DNA of 43,948 nt from Oscillospiraceae bacterium. GTDB taxonomy: Bacteria; Bacillota; Clostridia; Oscillospirales; CAG-272. The notes below the pieces were generated by a model that was not told where the DNA came from, made no database searches, and saw only the letters and a list, made by a program, of their open reading frames with translations. The DNA is taken from the NCBI GenBank assembly GCA_015063395.1, contig SVUF01000003.1:1-43948 (forward strand). Direction: 5' to 3'. Below, in pieces: positions 26,642 through 36,218 of this stretch. The translations under genes and the position numbers were made by a program. Each line of letters begins with the position of its first letter. Positions within the stretch are counted from its first letter, which is position 1.

Positions 26642-27952
26642 TTATTTTATCTTAAAATTCAAGGTGCTTCCGTTTTGGCAGTTATACACCGTCAGCTTTG
26701 TCAGCGTTTCTCCTGTATAGCCCTCACACAAAATCATACCGTCTGTAAAGAAATAATCTCCCGAGCTATCGCCCTCTTTTATTACCTTATACTTCTTTGT
26801 TGCCGTATTAAACTCAACAAGACCATAAGCCTCAGTCGGAAAGCCCTGAGAATCAAAGGCTCCGCCGTGATAATAAACCTTTGAGCCAACTACATAGAGA
26901 AAATCCGAATGAAAGGGTGTTTTTCCATATGTAGTATAACTGCCTCCGTTGGCAGCAATTGAACCAATGGTACATTCATCGCTATATTTATCAAGTCTCA
27001 GAAAATATATTTTTGAATCACAAAGGGTAAAATGGACGATACCCTCGCCTTTTTTAAAGGAAACCAATTTGGACTTCTCAGTGCCGTCATATTTTATCCT
27101 TGAAACAGAGCTTACACCGTCTTTGGCTTGTTGGTGATAATATACGTATTTTCCGTCAGAGCGCAAACAGTTTACCGCTCCGTCATGTATCATTTTTGCA
27201 GCTCCGCCGTTTGTGGAAATACTGTAAAGAGGATAACAGTCCTTGGCGTAATCACTGTAGGTTTCATTATATTGAGTATAAAAAATCCTATCCTTTACAA
27301 CAAGCATATCCCAGATCTGAACTCCGCTGAGTATCTTTGCAAAGCCCGAGCCATCAGTGCGAACCTTGGCTATATAGGACTTACCCTCGGTCATGCCCTC
27401 GCAATAAAAATATATCCAATCTCCTACAACGTTGAGGTTTTGTATCTTACCCGAGGGTATCTCATACACGGGAGTTTGGTTTGTTCCCATCTTGGTTATT
27501 TTTGAGATCTTATATGCAGTTGGAGAAAAATATATCCAGTTGCCCTGTGAGCAATACGTACCCATGCTCATATCACTGCCAACGGTATTTTCCTGTCCCT
27601 TTTTATAGTCGGGAACAAATACGGACGGATCCTTTTTATTACACATTGAGCATACGCCGTTTACATATTTGTGGTCAATTACGGCTATATCCTCCTGCTG
27701 TTTTTCACCGCAGGAACAAGCTCTTTCCTGCTTACCCGTTTTTTCACAGCTTGGATCTTCTGTGATCTTCCATTCACCGTATGAATGGATATGCTCTGTT
27801 TTATCGGGAGGGTTATCGGGTGTATTTGTTCCTGAAGCCTCGGCGGTTTTCGTCCCTTCAGGTGTGGGTGTACCCTTATCCCCGGTGTCAGCGCAGGAAA
27901 CCAATGTGAATGCTAAAATTGAAATGATTATTAATGCTATAGTTTTTTTCAT
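26642..27952 (-). CDS. Lipoprotein with a Cys/His repeat and DUF5050-like beta-propeller
   Basis: Lipobox LVSC; HIHSYGEW...PSC...G...C.C repeat; repeated WIYF/RIFY/YVYY/KIYF blades with K(V/I)xxDG. Confidence 0.8.
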   Translation of the reverse strand: MKKTIALIIISILAFTLVSCADTGDKGTPTPEGTKTAEASGTNTPDNPPDKTEHIHSYGEWKITEDPSCEKTGKQERACSCGEKQQEDIAVIDHKYVNGVCSMCNKKDPSVFVPDYKKGQENTVGSDMSMGTYCSQGNWIYFSPTAYKISKITKMGTNQTPVYEIPSGKIQNLNVVGDWIYFYCEGMTEGKSYIAKVRTDGSGFAKILSGVQIWDMLVVKDRIFYTQYNETYSDYAKDCYPLYSISTNGGAAKMIHDGAVNCLRSDGKYVYYHQQAKDGVSSVSRIKYDGTEKSKLVSFKKGEGIVHFTLCDSKIYFLRLDKYSDECTIGSIAANGGSYTTYGKTPFHSDFLYVVGSKVYYHGGAFDSQGFPTEAYGLVEFNTATKKYKVIKEGDSSGDYFFTDGMILCEGYTGETLTKLTVYNCQNGSTLNFKIK

Positions 27953-28001
27953 ATTCTTCCCTTTCTTCGTTACAAATTAAAGAGGTACTTTTCAATACAG
28001 A

Positions 28002-29513
28002 TTATTTGGAATAGGTTATTTCACATTTGATCCCGCTTATATTCGGACTGCTTCTGTCGATCTTCAAATTTTTGTTTTTTATAACAAAGCTTTTTACAGA
28101 ACGAAACGGATTTCCGTTCCAAATATCATCATCAAGATTTTCAGAGAAAGCTCCTGTTGAAATCGACACCACGCCCTCGCAGATCACAATGCTTCTCAGC
28201 TCCTCGGTATACACACTCCTCAGCCACGGATGAGCCTTATATTCTCCCGTCGCCTCGGGCATTTTTCCATAACCGTGTATTACAAGGGTTCTTTCGACCT
28301 CATTGTTGGGGTCTATTACCCCTGTGATATAGTATTGAACAGGACAATATACCCCTCCCATATATGAGCCGTCGGCATTGCCGTATTCGCAAACCTTCAA
28401 GTCACATACTGTACATTTGTAGCCAAGGTCTCCGTTTTTTACAAAGCTGTGCTGCTCCGTTGGAGGAATTATATTTGAGGTATAGCTCTCTTTGCATCCC
28501 ACACATTCAAAATATGTATACCCCCTGTTTGAACAATCTCCCTTGGTTACGGTTCTTGTATAGCTATGGGGCTTTTTCTCTATAACCATTTGGGGAATTG
28601 TAGCTTCGTTACACACTGTACAGTGTTTACCCTCTGTCAGTCCCTCTTCAGCGCATGACGCCTCAATGGCATAATCGGTCACTTCCTTGTGAGGAAGCTT
28701 TGGAACTGTTACAACCTCAACCGCTCTGCAGTCATTGCATTTCCTTATTATTCTTCCCTCGGCAGAACAGCTTACCTCTCGTTCAACGGCAAGCTCACTC
28801 CAAGAATGTTGACAATCGGTTATTGCAAATACAGAACTCGCCGTACAAATCGGTATACATAAAATGCAAATACCAATCAACACCTTTTTCACCTTCTGCT
28901 TTTGCAGAAGCTTGATCTTCGATGTAAACATACTGACCACTGAAGGAACAAAGCAAAAAACGATGATTCCCAATAGCACAGGATGGAATATTGGGTTTTT
29001 GTAGCTTATAATTTTTACAATACCTATTGTAAGGCTAATGAGAATTGGCAGCCAAACCGCCATGAACATTGCCGTTCCGCGAAGACCGGCAAGAATTCTT
29101 TTTGACAAATTCGGTGCAACGTTTTCTTGTGACACCGCCATCTCCTCGGGCTTCGAAAGCTCCCTTGCAAGATCCGCAACTGTATATTGAAGCTCCTCGT
29201 CCAACGCTGACATTGCAGAAACCTTTTTTTGATTGATTAAAAGATTTTTTGCAAGTCTTTCCTTGGCATCCTTGATTATTGCAGGACTGCTTGTTGGATC
29301 CTTCAGTATTCCGCGGATCTCCTCAATGGAAAAATCAAAGCTTCTGAGAATTGCGATGTCATTAAGCTCCGATATGTTTTCATCGGTAAAATCAAATGCT
29401 TTACGTCCAAGATAGTTTTCAGTAAACTGAGGATTTATCAGTCCTTCCTCAATATAATACCTTACCGTTCTGTCCGTAAGCCCTGTTTTTTCACACACTG
29501 TTTTAATTTTCAT
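28002..29513 (-). CDS. Membrane-anchored MerR-family regulator with extracellular Cys/His repeats and BspA/LRR-like C-terminus
   Basis: MKIKTVCEKTGLTDRTVRYYIEEGLI.P...LRSFDFSIEEIR MerR HTH; 3 TM; C-x-H..C..G..CxxC repeats; TLVIHGYGKM..PW..SIVICEGVVSISTGAF. Start ATG 29513 with AAGGAGG SD. Confidence 0.85.
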   Translation of the reverse strand: MKIKTVCEKTGLTDRTVRYYIEEGLINPQFTENYLGRKAFDFTDENISELNDIAILRSFDFSIEEIRGILKDPTSSPAIIKDAKERLAKNLLINQKKVSAMSALDEELQYTVADLARELSKPEEMAVSQENVAPNLSKRILAGLRGTAMFMAVWLPILISLTIGIVKIISYKNPIFHPVLLGIIVFCFVPSVVSMFTSKIKLLQKQKVKKVLIGICILCIPICTASSVFAITDCQHSWSELAVEREVSCSAEGRIIRKCNDCRAVEVVTVPKLPHKEVTDYAIEASCAEEGLTEGKHCTVCNEATIPQMVIEKKPHSYTRTVTKGDCSNRGYTYFECVGCKESYTSNIIPPTEQHSFVKNGDLGYKCTVCDLKVCEYGNADGSYMGGVYCPVQYYITGVIDPNNEVERTLVIHGYGKMPEATGEYKAHPWLRSVYTEELRSIVICEGVVSISTGAFSENLDDDIWNGNPFRSVKSFVIKNKNLKIDRSSPNISGIKCEITYSK

Positions 29514-29538
29514 CAAAGTACCTCCTTTTTTCACCCGC

Positions 29539-29569
29539 ATTATATTCTTTTACGTTGGGTGGAAGTCAA
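29539..29569 (-). promoter_or_regulatory. MerR-type promoter/operator with 19-bp spacer
   Basis: TTGACT-19 bp-TATAAT with partial dyad CTT-CC-AC-CCAAC-GT-AA-AAG overlapping the -35 and spacer. Confidence 0.75.
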
Positions 29570-29652
29570 TGGTTTTTTGAAAAAAAGTTTAAAAAAATCT
29601 TTTTTTGAGGGCTTTTCACATGTCACAAGCTTTCTTTTTTATAATTCTTACC

Positions 29653-29689
29653 AAAAAAGAAACAACGGAAACCCGAGTCTCCGTTGTTT
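29653..29689 (-). terminator. Rho-independent terminator after the oxidoreductase
   Basis: AAACAACGGA/TCCGTTGTTT stem with T-run on the minus strand. Confidence 0.75.
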
Positions 29690-29705
29690 ATTGATTTTTC
29701 AGATA

Positions 29706-30752
29706 TTATTCGAAGTCGATGACCTGACCCTGCGCAATCGACTTAAACGCCGCCTCCACTATTGAAAGCACAAGTCTTGATTCCTCATGTGTTACAAGCT
29801 GGGGCTCGATGCCGTCAACAGCCTTCACAAAATTGCGGTAGAAATCATGAACGTCGGACTTGGGAATGTCGATCTCATAGGTATCAACTGTGATCTCATC
29901 TCTGGGCGCCATGGTCTTGGTAATTCCTGCCGCTGTCTGTACAGGAAGAACTTCCTTCTCATTCCAGTGCTTGCAGTAAACCACCTGCGCCTTGTTGCGC
30001 CAATCTGTAATAAGGGCAGATCCCTTCATGCTCTGGAGATAGAATCTCGGCATTGCAATAAAGTTAAGCGTTCCGATTTCGATATGCGCAGTAGTTCCTG
30101 ATTCATAAATAAGCTGAAGCTTGAAGCCGTCGTCAACCTCAAAATTTGTTGTATGCTGCTCTGTGCAGTATACCTTCTTGAGCTTTTCTCCGGGAAGAAG
30201 CTGAACCATCTGGTCGATGAGGTGAATACCCCAGTCATAAATCATTCCGCCGCCATATTCCTTCTGTCCTCTCCAGTCGGAAGGAATTCCTCTTGATCCG
30301 TGAACTCTTGATTCAACGCAAATGACCTTTCCAAGCTTACCCTCGGAAATGATGCTCTTCATTGCCAAAAAGTCAACGTCCCAACGTCTGTTCTGATGCA
30401 CTGTAAACAGCATTCCTGTTTTGCGGGAAACTGCAAGAACCTCATCAAGCTCTGCAACTGTAAGCATTACGGGCTTTTCACAAATTACATGCTTTCCCGC
30501 TTCCATTGAAGCTATTGATATTGATTTATGTGAATCGTTGGGAGTTGCAACCACAACGATATCAACAGTTTTATCCTGAAGTATTTCTTCAAGGCTTCCG
30601 TAAGCCTTTATGCCGCGGCTTACTGCAAGCTCATTCTTTGCAGGATTGATGTCATATACACCTGCAAGAGATACAACATCACTTGCGAGGATCTGGTTTG
30701 CATGCCATCCTCCCTGTCCGCCATATCCAACAACCGCTACATTCTTTTTCAT
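29706..30752 (-). CDS. Gfo/Idh/MocA family oxidoreductase
   Basis: VVGYGGQG Rossmann motif, ATPNDSH, HVICEKP, HQNRRWD, GGGMIYDWGIHLIDQ. Confidence 0.92.
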   Translation of the reverse strand: MKKNVAVVGYGGQGGWHANQILASDVVSLAGVYDINPAKNELAVSRGIKAYGSLEEILQDKTVDIVVVATPNDSHKSISIASMEAGKHVICEKPVMLTVAELDEVLAVSRKTGMLFTVHQNRRWDVDFLAMKSIISEGKLGKVICVESRVHGSRGIPSDWRGQKEYGGGMIYDWGIHLIDQMVQLLPGEKLKKVYCTEQHTTNFEVDDGFKLQLIYESGTTAHIEIGTLNFIAMPRFYLQSMKGSALITDWRNKAQVVYCKHWNEKEVLPVQTAAGITKTMAPRDEITVDTYEIDIPKSDVHDFYRNFVKAVDGIEPQLVTHEESRLVLSIVEAAFKSIAQGQVIDFE

Positions 30753-30842
30753 AATTTGTCCATCCTTTCAACGCTACTCATTACTACTTTTAATTTTACT
30801 ATTTTTTATCCCAATTGTCAATAGCAAAATCCATTTTTAGTC

Positions 30843-31274
30843 CTAAAATCTAACGTTTACCTTGAATTTTTCGCCACATCCGGGGCATCTTGCCATGTGT
30901 TCGCCTTTTTTCCTCGGAAAACGTATTACCGCTTTACAACGTGGACACTTTACAAAAACCGCTGTTTTAAAGTATCTGACCCGTCTGTAGTTCAACAGTA
31001 TCCACGCTTTTACCCTTTTAAGCACCGCGGTATATTCCCTGTTTTCCTTTTCTCTTTTCCATATATTCTTTGAAAAGGGTCTGTATATTGCATACAGAGT
31101 AAGGGCAAAGGAAACAGTCTCCATTACGATATATACAGCCAATCCAAAAAATCCCGAAAGAAAATTAAGGAAAACCGAGGCGATAAGGCAGGTGATGCAA
31201 ATTGCATCCACCCGCGCATATCTGTCGCTCATAAAAAGCTGAAGCTTCATCATTAATCTGCGAAGAGTATTCAT
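30843..31274 (-). CDS. Membrane protein with C-terminal Zn-ribbon
   Basis: 2 TM; R.FSKNI.KR..EN; CPRC...CPGC; follows the ABC gene; start 31274 (alternative 31286). Confidence 0.75.
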   Translation of the reverse strand: MNTLRRLMMKLQLFMSDRYARVDAICITCLIASVFLNFLSGFFGLAVYIVMETVSFALTLYAIYRPFSKNIWKREKENREYTAVLKRVKAWILLNYRRVRYFKTAVFVKCPRCKAVIRFPRKKGEHMARCPGCGEKFKVNVRF

Positions 31275-31278
31275 TTGC

Positions 31279-34008
31279 TTATTCACTCCTAAGTGATGTT
31301 ACAGGATCGCGTCTTGCCGCTATAACAGCGGGGAAAAGACCTGCAATCAATGTCAGCACAGTGCTAATGGCAATAAGGATAAAGGCTCCCGCAACGGGAA
31401 GAGTTGCGATGTTTGAAATATCCGTCAGCGCATACATTATAAAGTTTACGGGAACTGTTAAAATCAGTGTAATTGCAATTCCTATAACACCCGAGGAAAA
31501 TCCTACGATCATTGTTTCTGCATTGAACACGCTCTTGATATCCTTCTTTGACGCACCGATGGCTCTGAGTATTCCAATCTCCTTGGTACGCTCAAGAACT
31601 GAAATATATGTGATAATTCCGATCATTATTGAAGAAACCACAAGTGAAACGGAAACAAAAGCCATAAGTCCATAGGAAATGAAGTTAACGATATCGGAGA
31701 ATGAAGACATCATAAGTGCCATTATATCCGTATATCTGATTACATTTTCTTCCTTTCCGCTTTCCTCTGCGTCCTTATTATACTGAGAAATTATATCGGA
31801 TATCATTTCCTTAGCTTCAAATGAGCTTGCATAGATATTTATGGACGAAGGCTGTTCGATGTCACAATATCCAAGCTTTACAAGGTTTTTGTAAAGAGTC
31901 GAATCACTGATTCCGAGAAGCTCCTCTGCAAGCTCGGCGATCTGGTCATCTGTCTGCATCTGACCAAGCATGGTGGCAAGCTCTTCCTTGGTGGTGATCT
32001 CGGGCAATCCGTACTGAGCCATCTGCTGATTTATATATCCCATCATCATCTGCAGAGTTTCCTCGGGAAGTGCATCTACAAGCTCGTTTACGTTTTCTTT
32101 GTTATATACCTTTGTTGAGAAGCTCTCTCCTGTGAAAATATCAACAGTATCATGCTCCTCCTGATACTTCATGATCTCCGACTTGGCGCACTGCTCAATT
32201 GCATATTTTGTAAGTGCCGCAGTATATCCGATCTCCCCGCTGATTGCCGCAGAAGCGGTGCTTTCCTTAGGTCTGATGATTCCAACCACTTTGAGATCGA
32301 CTCCGTCCTCAACAACTGCATCCACGTTCTTTTTCTCAACCCAAATGCCGTCGCTATTCTGCTCATAAAGCTCTGTGGGAAGCACAAGCTTAAACTTAAG
32401 ACCCAAAAGCTGATCAAATGTAAAGTCCATGACCTCAGTGTCAATTCCCTCGCTGTTGCCTGTCATAAGGTTTTCCATAAATTCCTTGACATAGTCCATA
32501 TCCTTTATACCGAGAGCAAAAAGTGCCATATCGGATATCTGATTGTCCTTTGAAACAACAATTACAATCTCGTTGTAATTTTCGGGGAATCGGCTGTTTT
32601 CGCCAACAAGCTCATACTGATCCTTGATCAGCGGATTGATGATCTCGCCGTTTCTGCCTTCAAGAATCTCGCTCCAGCTTTCAAAGCCACCGCCGCCCAT
32701 GGCAATCATTTCCTCGGAAACACCGCCGCCCATGGCAGACATTGCTTCATTTATAATGGTGCTTGGATATACAAGCTGGGACTCGCCGGGAGCGCTGCTG
32801 ATGACCTTATTGGCTCCGTATGAATATATCTGCATTTTTGCGGCATAGGCATACTGTACTGCGCTGATATATTCCTCCATTACTCCGCTATCAATATATT
32901 TTTTGAATTCCTGAAGATTATTCTTTTTGATCTCAGAAACCATGGCAGAAAGCATTCTTGCCATCATGGTATTGGAATAGATCTTGTTTTCGTCCCTATC
33001 CTCAATCTTCTCTTGATTTTCCGCCATTGACATGAAAAGCTCGGTATAGTCCATGGTCTCGGATGTAATTGAGATAGGGTATGACGCAAGTGTATCTCTC
33101 TGTACTGTATCAATATATAACTGAATACCGTTGGAAAGCGCAAGGATCAAAGCAATTCCAATGATTCCAATACTTCCCGCAAAGGATGTAAGAAATGTTC
33201 TCGCCTTCTTTGTAAGAAGATTATTCAGTGACAGTGAAAGCGCTGTCTTGAATGACATGGATACTCTTCCGTGCCCCTGCTTCTGATCCATTTCTTTCTT
33301 GCCGCCAAAATCACGGTTATACTCCTCCTCAGTGTAAGGATTGCTGTCGCTTGTCACAAGTCCGTCCACAAGTCTGATGATTCTGTTGGAATACTGATCT
33401 GCAAGATCGGGGTTGTGTGTAACCATGATGATGAGCCTATCCTTTGAGATCTTTTTGAGGATCTCCATGATCTGAACGCTTGTGTCCGTATCAAGCGCTC
33501 CTGTAGGCTCGTCTGCGAGGATGATGTCGGGATTATTCACAAGCGCTCTTGCAATTGCAACTCTCTGCTGCTGACCGCCCGACATTTGAGAAGGCTTTTT
33601 ATTGAGCTGATCTCCAAGACCCACCTGCTCAAGAACCTCCTTGGCGCGACGGCGTCTTTCTGCCTTTGATACTCCCGAAAGGGTCAAGGCAAGCTCAACG
33701 TTTGAAAGAACAGTCTGGTGGGGGATAAGATTATATGTTTGAAAAACAAATCCGATCTTATGGTTTCTGTAGGAGTCCCATTCCCTGTCCTCATATTCCT
33801 TTGTGGATTTTCCGTTTATTACAAGGTCACCGCTTGTATATCTGTCAAGACCGCCGATGATATTCAATAAAGTCGTTTTTCCGCATCCCGATGGTCCGAG
33901 TATGGACACAAACTCACTTTTACGGAAATTCATGTCAACGCCGCGAAGGGCGTGTACAGTAAGGTCACCAAGAACATAATCCTTGGTAATTCCCTTTAAT
34001 TTCAGCAT
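31279..34008 (-). CDS. Fused ABC transporter ATP-binding/permease (MacB/FtsX-like)
   Basis: GPSGCGKT, MSGGQQQR, ILADEPT; large extracellular loop; VLERTKEIGILRAIGA. Confidence 0.93.
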   Translation of the reverse strand: MLKLKGITKDYVLGDLTVHALRGVDMNFRKSEFVSILGPSGCGKTTLLNIIGGLDRYTSGDLVINGKSTKEYEDREWDSYRNHKIGFVFQTYNLIPHQTVLSNVELALTLSGVSKAERRRRAKEVLEQVGLGDQLNKKPSQMSGGQQQRVAIARALVNNPDIILADEPTGALDTDTSVQIMEILKKISKDRLIIMVTHNPDLADQYSNRIIRLVDGLVTSDSNPYTEEEYNRDFGGKKEMDQKQGHGRVSMSFKTALSLSLNNLLTKKARTFLTSFAGSIGIIGIALILALSNGIQLYIDTVQRDTLASYPISITSETMDYTELFMSMAENQEKIEDRDENKIYSNTMMARMLSAMVSEIKKNNLQEFKKYIDSGVMEEYISAVQYAYAAKMQIYSYGANKVISSAPGESQLVYPSTIINEAMSAMGGGVSEEMIAMGGGGFESWSEILEGRNGEIINPLIKDQYELVGENSRFPENYNEIVIVVSKDNQISDMALFALGIKDMDYVKEFMENLMTGNSEGIDTEVMDFTFDQLLGLKFKLVLPTELYEQNSDGIWVEKKNVDAVVEDGVDLKVVGIIRPKESTASAAISGEIGYTAALTKYAIEQCAKSEIMKYQEEHDTVDIFTGESFSTKVYNKENVNELVDALPEETLQMMMGYINQQMAQYGLPEITTKEELATMLGQMQTDDQIAELAEELLGISDSTLYKNLVKLGYCDIEQPSSINIYASSFEAKEMISDIISQYNKDAEESGKEENVIRYTDIMALMMSSFSDIVNFISYGLMAFVSVSLVVSSIMIGIITYISVLERTKEIGILRAIGASKKDIKSVFNAETMIVGFSSGVIGIAITLILTVPVNFIMYALTDISNIATLPVAGAFILIAISTVLTLIAGLFPAVIAARRDPVTSLRSE

Positions 34009-34105
34009 ATCTTTTTCCTTTCTTTATTAAAAACTACCTTAAAGTGTACTACCTCATTATTAACTCCCTATGAATATTATTCATTTTTTTCAATAATTTT
34101 TTGCC

Positions 34106-34150
34106 AAAAAAAGGAGCTGTAAAAGCTCAAATTGACTTTTTCCAGCTCCT
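34106..34150 (-). terminator. Terminator about 75 nt after the 34227 gene
   Basis: AGGAGCTG...CAGCTCCT stem followed by T-run on the minus strand. Confidence 0.65.
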
Positions 34151-34226
34151 CACTTGAAGAAAACAAAAAGAATGTGTCCGAATACGAATCGGTTGATCTT
34201 CAGTTCTCTTCCATAGGGTTAGTCTT

Positions 34227-34979
34227 TTACTGTGCCTGTTCTTCTGCGAGGTACTTATTGACAAGAATCGCAGAAACAATATACGTCGCTGCATTGACGA
34301 GGCATTGAAGCTCCAGCATCATTTTGCCGTCAGCAAAATATCCAAAGCCTTCAACCAATGTGATCACGCCGAACACCCAAAGCCATGTTTTTGCACCGTG
34401 AGCATTCTTTACAAAATCGGTTGTAGAATTGTCAACTCCCATATATACTGACTTGGCAAATGTATGTATCTTCTTGAATCCAAAAATATTTATAAGAAGT
34501 CCCGCAAGCGCAAAAGCCACCAAAGCACCAACCACAGCATATGCCAATGCTCCCGAAAGCAGCTCAATCAGCCACTCCGCTCCGTCAACCGTAACAAGTT
34601 GCTCAGAAAAAACATCTCCGAATGCCAGAAGCATTATGCCGAGCAATCCTCCTGCTGCCATAAGCGCTACACATGCAACATATGTAATGATATACGTAGC
34701 ATAAACCGTTCCGCTGACTCGTCTCAATGATTTCGTATCCACAATGCCCTTCTTTACATTGGAAAAAACCATCCAAAGAAAGATCATAAACAAAAGCTGA
34801 ATTACATCCATGCTTTCTCCAAGCAGACCAAGTCCAAAGGATACTGACGTCAAAATGCAAATGACCAAAAACAATTTGTCCTTGAGGGCTGTCATTACCA
34901 TGCTCCATGCCTTATTCACGCTTACCTTTTCAGAGCTGTTTACAGTCTCAACAGCTTCAAAATTTTGATTATTGTCCAT
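34227..34979 (-). CDS. Hypothetical multi-pass membrane protein
   Basis: AAGGAGG SD; about 6 hydrophobic segments; no recognised family. Confidence 0.75.
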   Translation of the reverse strand: MDNNQNFEAVETVNSSEKVSVNKAWSMVMTALKDKLFLVICILTSVSFGLGLLGESMDVIQLLFMIFLWMVFSNVKKGIVDTKSLRRVSGTVYATYIITYVACVALMAAGGLLGIMLLAFGDVFSEQLVTVDGAEWLIELLSGALAYAVVGALVAFALAGLLINIFGFKKIHTFAKSVYMGVDNSTTDFVKNAHGAKTWLWVFGVITLVEGFGYFADGKMMLELQCLVNAATYIVSAILVNKYLAEEQAQ

Positions 34980-35045
34980 AAGTTTACCTCCTTAAATGAC
35001 ATTTTTATTTTCATTCTTAAGCAAAGCGCTCCTTAATGTAATCAA

Positions 35046-35074
35046 ATTGTATCACACGATCATCTGATTGTCAA
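35046..35074 (-). promoter_or_regulatory. sigma-A promoter of the 34227-34979 gene
   Basis: TTGACA-17-TACAAT with extended -10 TG. Confidence 0.7.
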
Positions 35075-35214
35075 GGGCGTTTGAAAGATTTTTGAAGTTT
35101 CTACATTATGCACAAAAAGCCCGGCTGTTTTTTGTAAATTCTAACCTGTAATTTTTTATGTTTATTAACACAGCATCTTCAAATTGTTTTGCTGTAGTTT
35201 TCTCATATAATAGC

Positions 35215-35243
35215 AAAAAGGACATGCCTTAGGCATGTCCTTT
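35215..35243 (-). terminator. Rho-independent terminator after tsf
   Basis: AAAGGACATGCCT/AGGCATGTCCTTT perfect inverted repeat with T-run on the minus strand. Confidence 0.85.
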
Positions 35244-35255
35244 AGAAACGGATCA

Positions 35256-36188
35256 TTAGTCCTTGTTTACCATCTTTGCGATTTCAGCAGCGAAATCTTC
35301 TTCTCTCTTTTCGATTCCTTCGCCCTTTTCAAAGATAACGAAAGAAACTACCTTGATAGAACCGCCGAATGCCTTAGCAGCCTGCTGAATATACTTACCA
35401 ACTGTGAGAGAATCGTCCTTTACGTATTCCTGCTCAAGCAGACAGTTTGCAGAATAGAACTTTCCAAGTCTACCCATAACCATCTTTTCAAGAACCTGCT
35501 CGGGCTTTCCTGCGTTCTTGGGGTCGTTCTTAGCCTGGTTGATAAGAACTGTCTTTTCCTCTTCGATTACGCTTGCGGGAACATCTTCCTTTGCAACGTA
35601 TGTGGGAGGTGAACCTGCCGCGATCTGAAGTGCAACGTTCTTGATTGTCTCAACGAAGTCTGCATTTGACTTTGCAGCCTCATCAGCTTCAACCTTAACG
35701 ATAACACCTGTTGAACCCATACCGTGAACGTATGTCGCAACTGTTCCTTCAACGATTACAAAACGGCGGATGCTGAGCTTTTCACCGATGAGAGCGATCT
35801 TCTCAACAAGTGCATCCTGTACGCTCTGCTCTGTTCCGTTGAACTTACCTGCCATAAGAGCCTCAAGATTTGCGGGCTTTGTTTCAATAATTGTAGAAAG
35901 GATATCCTTTACGAATTCCTTGAATGTTGCGTTCTTTGCAACGAAGTCTGTTTCAGAGTTAACCTCAACCATTGCTGTTGTTTCACCCTTGGTCATGATA
36001 TCTACAAGACCCTCGGATGCGATTCTGCTTTCCTTCTTTGCAGCTGTTGCAAGTCCCTTCTCACGAAGGATCTTGATTGCCTTTTCTACGTCGCCTTCTG
36101 CCTCTACAAGCGCCTTCTTGCAGTCCATCATTCCAAGACCGGTCTTAGCGCGGAGATCTGCAACGTCCTTAGCTGTGATCTGTGCCAT
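35256..36188 (-). CDS. tsf: Elongation factor Ts
   Basis: LRAKTGLGMMDCKKAL, EVNSETDFVAKN, GEGIEK. Confidence 0.98.
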   Translation of the reverse strand: MAQITAKDVADLRAKTGLGMMDCKKALVEAEGDVEKAIKILREKGLATAAKKESRIASEGLVDIMTKGETTAMVEVNSETDFVAKNATFKEFVKDILSTIIETKPANLEALMAGKFNGTEQSVQDALVEKIALIGEKLSIRRFVIVEGTVATYVHGMGSTGVIVKVEADEAAKSNADFVETIKNVALQIAAGSPPTYVAKEDVPASVIEEEKTVLINQAKNDPKNAGKPEQVLEKMVMGRLGKFYSANCLLEQEYVKDDSLTVGKYIQQAAKAFGGSIKVVSFVIFEKGEGIEKREEDFAAEIAKMVNKD

Positions 36189-36218
36189 TTCTATTCCTCC
36201 AATTATTGTATTTTTAAA

